From Epithemia pelagica (taxonomy: Eukaryota; Protista; Bacillariophyta): 64,000 nt of DNA. The position numbers and the translations under genes are program-made. Under the pieces are notes generated by a model, which worked only from the letters and a program-made list of their open reading frames with translations, did not search any database and had not been told where the DNA came from. Below are positions 54,541 to 64,000 of the stretch, in pieces. The stretch lies in NCBI GenBank assembly GCA_946965045.2, contig OX337242.1, positions 682,001 through 746,000 on the forward strand. Direction: 5' to 3'. Within the stretch, counting starts at the first letter, position 1, and each line of letters begins with the position of its first letter.

Positions 54541-57500
54541 ATGGCGAAGAAAAAGGAAAAGGAGCCCGATCGGATCTTGTTGCCTGGAAAGCCCGATTAT
54601 GAGCAGGTTGACAATAAGGTCGTATCGGCCCGATACACCTTGATTACTTTCTTCCCTATGGTAAGTCTTGCCATAACACGAGGTCCAATAGTGGCTCTAC
54701 GCAGTGGTTGTGAGAGAACAGTCAGTGTGTCACTGGTTGAGCCGTTGAGGTGCGAGTGCCCCCCACTGTCGGTGGATGCAAGTCTCACGTGTTTCGCGTT
54801 CGAATTATTTCCGATAGGCGATCATTCAACAATTCCGTCGATTTGCCAATCTGTACTTTTTGATTGTGGGAGTGATCATGGCGATTGGTTGGTATACCGA
54901 GGCGTTTGAGTCGGCCTTGACACCGTGGACCACGTTGGGACCTTTGGCCTTGGTGATTACCTTTAGTTTGCTCGTCGAAGGGAGTGCCGATTACAAACGA
55001 CATGTCAATGATTCCGTCACCAACAACACGCCCTGTGTGGTCTTGAGACGATCGGATGAAATGGATGATGATGAAACGGCAATTCGCGACGATAAAGTTT
55101 TGAATGGAAGAGATGTTGTCGTCAATATTAACAAAGCGTATTACGAAACAACCTCCGGGCCCAAGGGTCGCAAACCGGCACACAAGTCGGCCACGGATGA
55201 AGACGCGGTCAATGTCAGTGTAGGTTTTGAACGTGTCCGTCGAATGGACATTCGACAGGGCCATTTTGTGTTGGTCAAGAATCGGGAAATGGCACCGGCC
55301 GATATGGTCCTTTTTGCCAGCAGCAACGATCAAGGCAGTGCGTACATTGAAACAAGTTCCATTGACGGTGAGACCAATTTAAAACTCCGCACCATGCCCA
55401 GGGTGCCAGATGATATTATGCGAAAACTCAAAGCCGGTGGCGAAGCCAAAATTGCCGATGGCGCCGACACGGATTTGGCGCCCATTTTGGAAGAAAATGG
55501 AGCATCCGAAGAGGGAATGAACTGTGAAACGATTGAAGAAGCTGTCAAGCGAGTCACACGCTTTTCGTATTTGGGTCGACCCAAGGGTGAATCGGCCTTG
55601 AATCATCCTACTCATGGCGACATTTGTCCAGCGGGGGAGACAGAACGCCCTCATGGTCAATCCAATCGAATCCGTCGTGCGTCGACAGCCTTTGCCAAGA
55701 GCGTCAAAACCTTTGGACAGGATACGCAACGAAGGCTTCGTGTCAGTGTGGCGCTCCCCAAATTCGCACCCCGAAAGCTTTCGGCCGTGGATGATGGCCG
55801 GTACATTTGTGCTCTTACCACGGAACCACCCAATCCCAGTGTTCACACCTTTCAAGGAAAGCTCACCTTACCACCCTTTGATATGGGAGGAGAGACCATG
55901 GATATTCCCCTGGGAGCCGAAAATGTGATTTTGCGGGGAGCCGTTATTCGAAACACAGAATGGGTCATTGGTGTCGCCTTTTTTACGGGTACCGACACGA
56001 AATTGGTTCAAAATTCCTTTGAAACACCTTCCAAATTTAGTCAATTGGATATTTTGATGAACTACACAGTTGCGGCCATTTTGGTGGTCATGATCCTCTG
56101 TGCGTCCTTCCTTTCCACGGCTGCTACCATGGCAACCACGGACAAGTTTGATGATTTGTTCTATGTGGGCTTCAATAAGGACAAGACCGAAGCCTGGCCT
56201 TATCTCGACAAGCTGGATCCACCGGAATGGACCACCAGTCAACCCAACTGGATTCAGTACTTTTTCCTTTATTTGACCTTGTTGAACCAGTTTATTCCTC
56301 TCAGTCTGTATATCACTGTCGAAATTGTAACCTTTGTCATGCTTTGGTTCATTTATGCGGACTTGGAGATGTATGATGACACAACCAACACAAGGGCCGT
56401 GGCTAGAAGTACGACGGTCACGGATCTGGGACGAATTCAGTACGTCTTTAGTGACAAGACTGGTACACTGACGCAGAATGTAATGACCTTCCGCCGATGC
56501 TCAGTCGACGGTCTAGCCTTTGGTGCTCCGATTCAAAAATCCCGACCGGGAGCCGAACAAGAGACGGAAACCAGTCCGTTCCTTCCGATTCGACACCTTT
56601 TGGTGGGTCAGTTTTTGAGTTCACCAAAAAACCACGGTGGATCCCGAGACGAGATTGAACTCGAGACATCCGAGACGCTGACCTTCAATGCGGAAATGTT
56701 CCTTCGCATCATGTGTTTGTGTCACACAGTGGTTGTTGAGAAGGATATCGATAAGAAAGACTACATTAGCAGTACGTCCTCAGTGGCCACGACTGCTTCA
56801 TCGACCCACAGGTTGTTTCGTCGTCATAGACAATTGAAAGATTCCAAAAATGGAAGTTATCATGCCCTTAAAGAGTCTGGGAAAGAGGAAGGTCCGGTTG
56901 TTGCATCGACCAAAAATATTGTAGACAATGAAGCTGGCATAACTGTCCATTCCTTGGGCTCGGGCGATATTCGTGACCCCGCCCTCAATAAGTCTGCCGA
57001 CGGAGCACCCGTGGGATATGCCTATCAGGCAGAGTCACCAGATGAAGGAGCTCTTGTCTCGGCGGCAAGTTTGACTTTTGGATACCAGGTCGTTAGTAGA
57101 AACGCACAGGGAATCAATGTTCGTGTTTCCAAACCTTCCCATTTCCAGAATAGTCGAATCGTCGAGGGGTTACGGTCTGGTAACTTGTCGCTCAAGAAAG
57201 TGGCCGCAGAAACGGCGAGCGAAAAGACAATAGATGAGCCCCATCGCGACAGCTATCCTGACCCGTCAATGGTTGGAGAACAGCGCACCGAAAGTTGGGC
57301 TATCCTCGCTGTTAATAAGTTTGATTCAACCAGAAAGAGAATGTCAATATTACTTCGATCTCCGGAAGAACTTGGGTCGCTCCCTGTGCTGTTTTGTAAG
57401 GGCGCTGATTCTGCAATGCTCGACCCTGAGGTTTGTAAGAGTTCTACACTTCTCCCTCCCAAGGGCTCCGCTGACGACAGGCCGTCTCACAGTGGTCGTG

Positions 57501-60070
57501 AAGTGTCAGCATTGACTACGGTGTCGGAAGACGAAGATGATGATGACCACGATATTGATGCTGATGAATGGGAAGTTTCACAGATGCTCGGAATCCAAGC
57601 ACACTTGGGTGATTTTGCTTCGGAAGGTTTGAGAACATTGGTTTTGGGTCTTCGTGTATTGACCGAGGACGAATGTGAAGAATGGATGGAGCAATACAAT
57701 GCGGCAACAACCGCAATGCAAGACAGAGAAAAGCTAATGACTGAAGCGGCGCTTGCCATTGAAAAGGATCTTCACATCGCAGGAGCCACTGCCATTGAAG
57801 ATAGGCTTCAAGTCGGGGTCCCCCGGACAATCTCAACTCTGGGGAAAGCAGGCATCAAGCTGTGGGTCTTGACTGGAGACAAGCGCGAGACAGCCGTCGA
57901 GATTGGCTACTCAACTGCAGTCCTGACACCCAAAATGTCCGTGATGGAGGTTAGTGATCTAGGAAAGCACTATGTGCGGACGCAGATGTCAATGGAATTC
58001 ATCCGATTGGTGAAAAAGGGGAAACTTTCCGATTATCAAAAAGCACAAGTTGAACCATCTTCCGGATTATCGAAAGAACAATGGTTCTTTGCAATGGGCA
58101 AATGCATGAGAGCCTTCGGCCGAGTTCTCTCCCGTCTCCTTGCTTTGTTCCTCTACATTTTTGGTGGCAAGAGAAGATCATTGCTTGTAAGGGAGAGTGT
58201 TGCAGAAAGAGCGGCGAAAGAAGAACAAATTGTAATGGACTCAGAGCGCCGTCGCCGAGTCAGAGAACGTGCTGATAAAATGATAGAACTGTGGCTTGAA
58301 TCGGACGAGGGTAAGAAATTCCGGCGTCCGAAACCCTCAAAACCAGACCAGAAAGACGGACAAGACTTCACATTGATCAGTGACGAGACGCCGAAAGTTT
58401 TTAACAGAGCTGCATCTGCACGTCTTCTATTGAGTGACATTCGCATGTCAACAAGCCTGACACAAGCTGACTTGCGCCGGATCTCTCTGCAACACAAAAC
58501 TGCGCAAGAAGTTTCCGAACGCGAGGAGGATGCGATTGTAGATGAAGATACACTCTCTTTGGAGAGCTTTCTTCCAGGTATTGACAAGGAAGATCTCGCG
58601 GGAAACTTCGACAAGAGAAAGAGGACAGCTTTGGAACGCATGTTCGCCGTCGACAGACAGGTGAGGAAAGGTCATCTGAGAAAACATGTCCATGCGGACA
58701 AGCTGGCAGCTTTAGAGAGAGACAACATGACAGCGAGAAAAAGCTTGTTCAATCCCAACATGGGTGATGGACCACGCGCATTGGTTATCGAAGGTGCAGC
58801 CCTGAAGCACTTGCTCGGTGACAAAGAATTAGAAGAAATCCTGTTTGCTGTTGCCAGCGTCTGCGATTCAGTGATTGCTTGCCGTGTCAGCCCTAAGCAA
58901 AAGGCGGAACTTGTTAACCTTGTTCGACACAACGTCACGCCGACTCCCATCACTCTTGCTATTGGAGATGGTGCCAATGACGTGGGAATGATCCAGGAAG
59001 CTCACGTTGGAGTTGGTATTTCTGGAAAGGAGGGAACACAGGCGGTTAATGCGTCCGATTTTGCAATCTCTCAATTCCGATTTCTGGAGTCGCTGATTCT
59101 TATCCATGGCCGTTGGGACTTCTTCCGCCTGAGTACTGTCGTGCTTTACTCTTTCTACAAAAATGCGGTACAAGCTGGTATTATGATCGTATTCAACTTC
59201 CGGACAGTCTATAGTGGGCAACCTTATTTTGATCAATGGTTGATTGCCTCTCTGAACTTTGTGTGCGGTGCTCCGATCATTGTTACTGGTCTCTTTGATC
59301 GTTGTCTCAGTAAGGAATACGTGAGAGCCAACCCAGAAGTTTACAAAGCCACTCGTGTCAATGAAATGATCACTGTTCGAACTCTCTTCCGTTGGGTAGT
59401 TCTTACGATTGCCCATATCAGCATTCTTTACTTTTTCACCGCTCCAGCTTCTACCAATGGTGGTGGAATGACAAGTGCGTTCTCTGGTCTCATGTCCAAC
59501 GAGCCTGATTCTACACCTGGTGACGGAGAAGGAGGTGACTGGCGAAGCGTTGGTACTGTCACGTTTACCTGCTTGGTTATCACATTGGCCTACAAAGTGT
59601 TGTATGAATCGAAATCCCTCGTTCATGGCCGCTGGCCATCGATCCGATGTTCCAAGAACTATGACAGCTTTTTGAATCGATTTGCGTACACATGGCACGG
59701 CATTACGTGGACCTCGATTGGATTCTACTTTGTGTTTATCAGTGCCTACCAACTGGCTGGTCGAATTGGACCGAACAACAGTTTGTCGGGGTTTGTCGAC
59801 ATGGCGAACCACGTTCTTGGGACCCGTTCCATCAATTGGATGTTGATCGCCTTTGTACCAATTTTTGCCGCCGCCTTTGATGTGACCTTCAAGTTGTTTT
59901 CCAACTTGTTTTATCCGACGCAAACACAGATTCACATGGAAATTGAAGCCATGGGCAAGCGCGATCGCAAACGAGCACTCCGCGCCGAGGCGAAACTGGC
60001 GAAAGCCGAACAACAGGGTGACGAAGCAGCTGTGGAGGTTGACGAGGTGGAAAATGGCGTGGCCAAATGA
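54541..60070 (+). CDS. P4-ATPase (phospholipid flippase)
   Basis: Exon 1 54541-54660 and intron 54661-54817 give KVVSARYTLITFFPM-AIIQQFRRFANLYFL. Also DGET, DKTGTLT, TGDK, CRVSPKQK, AIGDGAND and the C-terminal TM helices. Confidence 0.97.
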
Positions 60071-60392
60071 ACGAGTCAAGTCTCCTTGGGTGCGCTCTAT
60101 TCAGCACCCTGTCTAACCAGTTGTACTACCACAGCACCCCCAAGCATTTCACGTTTGTGTCATAATTTCTTGTGAACTGGATCATCAGAGTTTCATTTAT
60201 ATATAGTTTTCGTGTTTATGAGTAGAACGATTGACTTGATTTTTAACATGGCAAGATGAAATCATGCATAACGCCAAACAAGTCGTGCCTTTTCGGTTGT
60301 TGAAAAGAGGACCTTTCGTATCTCAAACTGGACCCCCAACACTGAATGTATAGCATTGTGGTGTCGGCACTCTGCAAGATCCCAAAACAGTT

Positions 60393-61901
60393 TTAGAGCT
60401 GCAAAGCATCTCTGGCATCTTTTAATTCCTCGTCGTCTTTTGGAGGAGACGGTTTCGTTGTCTTTAGTGTTGTTGTGGTCGGAGCAGTGGCTGTTGACTC
60501 TTCCATTTCTTGCGATCCATCACTAGTCGTTGCTGTGGTTGTGGCAGTTGTGCGTTCCTCCACAACCAAATCTGGTTCCTCTTCTTCTTGTTGTTGTTCA
60601 GTGGCAGTTGCGTCGTCACTGGTGCTGCTGCTGCTGCTGCTTTGTCGTTCCGTGGCCAAAAATTGGGGTTCTCCTTCCAATTCTCCTTGATTGGTCAAGA
60701 CATCGCACCGATAACTGGCCAAGGAAGGAGGCAAAAAGACATTCCACTCCTCCTCCATGTCAGCGGGTTGAAAGGCGGTGATACCGGCTTCCAATCGAAT
60801 CAGGGTATCGTCATTGGGCAACCACGCCACTCGACACAGGCCGATTGAGGCACTGTTCATGATGCGAGGGGTTTGGACAAAAATGCCGCCCATGGGCAAC
60901 CGCAAATTCCATACTTCCACGGGGGCCATACCATGCCAGGCATCGCCCTCCTCGACACTTTGGACTTGCCACCCTCGATTGCCGGTACTGGGACCCCAGG
61001 TCCACGAGGTTCCGGCCCAGTCCTTGTGCCACTTAAAGGGGGAGACGGGTCGAGAAAAGATGGGATTCGGACTGTCCGGGTCGTCGTCCCGACCGGCTTC
61101 GGATTCCGCCGTGGGAGGTGTCGGTCGAAGGGCTTCTTTGGAAATCATGGTACGAAACAATTTGAGACCATCGGGAGGTGCTCCACTCTTGGGATCGGTT
61201 CCTTGTTCCCATACGGGGGCATGTTGAAAAATACATCGAACGCGTCCATCGCCATGTGACAGGACGAGTTCGGTCGCCATGGCACCACTCCTTAAGACGG
61301 TAGGACCAATCACCATGCCACAGGCCCCCAATCGTACGGGACGGCGAACTTGTTGTCCCAAGGTATCGAGTGTATACGTGGCGACGGGCAAGGTTTTAAT
61401 GTCCATGGCATCAAAGCAAGTGGCACAATCCGATTGTTTGGCACCGACCACAATTTGATGTTCATGCGTCACGACCGTCATATCTTGGACTTGAGAGGGT
61501 GTCAGATCCACACTGGCAATGGTTTCATCCTGAACATCACCCATGTAATTGTACGTCGTCCAAATACCCTTCCAAGAACCTTTGGCATGATGTTTCAAAA
61601 AAAGCTGCCATTGAATTTCGCGATCGTCTTCCAATTCAGCAGGTTGCTCTTCTCCACCTTGATTGGCAAAGGAAACTCCAAAGAGACGTACTGTCCTTGT
61701 TGGTTGCTGTGGATGCAGTTGCCATCCTATATGTCGTCGAACCAGAGTGCCAACCGGAGCCAAGGCAACGACACTGGCCGACTCGAAGGACCACAGAGCT
61801 ACTAATGGAAGGAAGAAGACTTGATAGGCACAAGACACTGTCCCTTGCACTCTGTTTCGACTTGTTGTTGTTGTTGTTGTTGTATGGTCTGAGAATCTCA
61901 T
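60393..61901 (-). CDS. Hypothetical protein, DUF3598-like N-terminal motif, probable organellar presequence, acidic tail
   Basis: 502-aa ORF. QWQLFLKHHAKGSWKGIWT resembles the DUF3598 start motif. Hydrophobic leader. Confidence 0.6.
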   Translation of the reverse strand: MRFSDHTTTTTTTSRNRVQGTVSCAYQVFFLPLVALWSFESASVVALAPVGTLVRRHIGWQLHPQQPTRTVRLFGVSFANQGGEEQPAELEDDREIQWQLFLKHHAKGSWKGIWTTYNYMGDVQDETIASVDLTPSQVQDMTVVTHEHQIVVGAKQSDCATCFDAMDIKTLPVATYTLDTLGQQVRRPVRLGACGMVIGPTVLRSGAMATELVLSHGDGRVRCIFQHAPVWEQGTDPKSGAPPDGLKLFRTMISKEALRPTPPTAESEAGRDDDPDSPNPIFSRPVSPFKWHKDWAGTSWTWGPSTGNRGWQVQSVEEGDAWHGMAPVEVWNLRLPMGGIFVQTPRIMNSASIGLCRVAWLPNDDTLIRLEAGITAFQPADMEEEWNVFLPPSLASYRCDVLTNQGELEGEPQFLATERQSSSSSSTSDDATATEQQQEEEEPDLVVEERTTATTTATTSDGSQEMEESTATAPTTTTLKTTKPSPPKDDEELKDARDALQL

Positions 61902-62504
61902 GGTGAGATGTATAGGAGTGTTGTTCCAATTCCCCTCTTGGACGATCTTTTGGATGGTCGAATGGTTGATGTTCTTCCACTTGCTACGTCATCCTTGGAT
62001 CTTTTTCATCGGTGGGGTTGACGTGGGCAGTGATTTACAAGAGCCATTCATAAAAATTATTGTCACACATATTTTCACGGACCACATCCACTTTTTCCTT
62101 TGGATGCGTGATGCGTGACTGCATACACGGATCACGACTACAATACTGGACAGCAGTTCGGAAGAATTTTTTGTGTGTGTCGGCCATTTTGCGTTTGTGG
62201 TGTGGTGTGTCGTCGACCGCAAGAGGAGGAGGAACACGGCTGTTATTGCTTGGCCAGATACAACGACCTACCTATCCCATCCATTTGTTTGCGAAGGTCC
62301 TGGTGGGTCCATTGGCACTTCCAAGAGTTCGTACGGTGGAGTCGCTGCGTTGCACTAGGAGGAGTCCAAACTTTCCGACTCCCTACCTAGTAGGAAAAGA
62401 GCTGCTGGTGCTGCTGGCTGCTGTTGTGACAAGGAACAGTGTGGCGGTGATTGGTCTCGAGTTTACTCGTCGTCCTTCTCCTCCTCCTCCTCATCATCAT
62501 CATC

Positions 62505-64000
62505 ATGACGGATTTGACGGTTTTTGCCGAAGGGTTAATTTCGACCGTGGCACGAGCCTTTTACGAAGACGAGGTGGTGTGTTTGATTGATGTATTGATT
62601 CGCGACAAGTTTTTGCGCGACGATGACATGGCGCCTCGATTGCAATTGCCCGTCAAAAAGTTGCGGGCCACGCTCCAATTTTTGCAATCCGAACACATTG
62701 TCAAGGAAGAAAATGTGGATGATTTGCATGAAGGAGGGAGTCAAGCGACCAAATTCTTTTACATTGATTACTGTACTGCCGTTCATTCCATTCGATTGCG
62801 GTTGCATTTGCTGCGACAAAAATTGGAAAAGGCGGAATTGCAGGCGCGATCGAGTTCCTTTTATTTGTGTCCAGGCTACAAGGATCAACGATGCAATGGG
62901 CGATATACCGAAGAAGAAGCGCAACGAGTCTTGGATTACGAATCGGGACTCTTTTTGTGTCAAGAATGTGCCCGCAATTACGAAAATGATCCGAATGCAC
63001 CCCCCAAAAGTTCCTATACCTTGCAATTGGTGGACAATGAAAAGGATTTAAAGTTGGCCATGGACAATCTACGACGTCTCAATGTTCAATTGTCGGCCAA
63101 AACCATTGGCAACCATCAATTGCGACCCGGAATTTACGATTGGTTGCAAAAGGTACGAGGAGGCACGGGCAAACCAGGAGCCACGGGCACCGCAGTGACG
63201 CATGCCAAACTGGCGGTTGCACCCATTACCAGTAATTTGCCGTCGGAAAATTTTGCCTTGGGCATTGGATCGACCCGATTGGCGGGGACTGGTCGTACGG
63301 CTGGAATCAAGGCTCTCAAAATGCAAAAACAGGGTCTGGCCGAATCCTCGGCGGAAGCACGACAATACTTGGTGGGAGGATCCCGAGGAGGAAGTAACCC
63401 CAATGGTGGAGGCAGCCACAGCCACAATAGCAACACCCACAGTGGCCACAACAGCAACACTACCACTGAACTCATGTTTTTGAAAAGTGCGCATGGACAC
63501 GAAATTCAATTCACGGTCGAAAAGGGGGGTGGTGCGCGTGCTCAAGTCTTGGCCGGAGCTCATCGTGGACAAGGAGGCGGAGGAGGAGCCCAATCCGGAC
63601 CACACGCCTCTGTTTCTTCTTCTCAGCAACCCCTTCTTTCGCAACGAAATCATATTCGAGGACATCGAAGACGCAAATTAATGGATACAGCCGCCAGTCG
63701 TGTCGGTGTGGCCTTGCCCTTGCCAGTGCGAGTTGCCCTCTGGGCCCATCAAAAACGAAAACGCCAAGCGCAAGCCGAACATGAATCCAAACGGCACAAA
63801 CAATCCTCGTCCAATAACAACAACAACAACAAGGCATTGTCGTCAATCCCCGATTTTTTGGTAGACAATATTGGTTTGGCCCGTCACGAAGGACGGCGTC
63901 GGACCAAAGACGACGACGACGAACAGGACGATGATGAGAACGATGATACAGGCCTTGGAGGTGAACCCGAATTGGTCTTGGATCCCGAATTGGCCGAATT
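62505..64000 (+). CDS. GTF2E1: Transcription initiation factor TFIIE alpha subunit (3' truncated by window; absent from the ORF track)
   Basis: My translation from ATG 62505 is open to the window edge: LISTVARAFY, LIRDKFLRDDDM, FFYIDYCTAVHSIRLRL and a zinc ribbon YLCP...C...FLCQEC. Confidence 0.92.
   Translation, partial: MTDLTVFAEGLISTVARAFYEDEVVCLIDVLIRDKFLRDDDMAPRLQLPVKKLRATLQFLQSEHIVKEENVDDLHEGGSQATKFFYIDYCTAVHSIRLRLHLLRQKLEKAELQARSSSFYLCPGYKDQRCNGRYTEEEAQRVLDYESGLFLCQECARNYENDPNAPPKSSYTLQLVDNEKDLKLAMDNLRRLNVQLSAKTIGNHQLRPGIYDWLQKVRGGTGKPGATGTAVTHAKLAVAPITSNLPSENFALGIGSTRLAGTGRTAGIKALKMQKQGLAESSAEARQYLVGGSRGGSNPNGGGSHSHNSNTHSGHNSNTTTELMFLKSAHGHEIQFTVEKGGGARAQVLAGAHRGQGGGGGAQSGPHASVSSSQQPLLSQRNHIRGHRRRKLMDTAASRVGVALPLPVRVALWAHQKRKRQAQAEHESKRHKQSSSNNNNNNKALSSIPDFLVDNIGLARHEGRRRTKDDDDEQDDDENDDTGLGGEPELVLDPELAE

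Noticed and set aside
58868-60079. 403-aa ORF on the - strand
   Set aside because: Lies entirely antisense to the well-supported P4-ATPase C-terminus.
1-64000. rRNA, tRNA, LTR retroelement or viral genes
   Set aside because: None recognised by eye; short ncRNAs cannot be excluded without covariance-model searches.

Overview
Gene-dense eukaryotic nuclear DNA, most consistent with a pennate diatom. The basis is short GT-AG introns (76-157 bp), several bipartite signal-peptide + F/W plastid presequences, and a diatom-type TPR-like family. About 21 protein-coding genes can be supported: a multi-transmembrane/lipoxygenase-like fusion, EXO1, guanylate kinase, P5C reductase, Borealin-like, a GMC oxidoreductase, S1-NKAP, a Lon-N-domain protein, a kinase, WW-cyclin Y, an aldo-keto reductase, DUF1769, a P4-ATPase and TFIIE-alpha, among others. 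The region from about 5.2 to 27.3 kb is a three-copy tandem array of a [TPR-like(-), EXO1(+), spacer, Popeye/cNMP-like gene(+)] cassette. Copies 2 and 3 carry TPR and EXO1 pseudogenes, and copy 2 is a recombinant mosaic of copies 1 and 3. Copy 2 also holds two TIR elements, one with a 10-bp (or 8-bp) target-site duplication and a decayed non-transposase ORF. The most unusual coding features are the ~8-TM/LOX-like fusion with a divergent iron-ligand set and a membrane-anchored GMC oxidoreductase lacking both canonical catalytic residues. No rRNA, tRNA or CRISPR array was recognised. Domain calls come from motif recognition by eye, not database searches.
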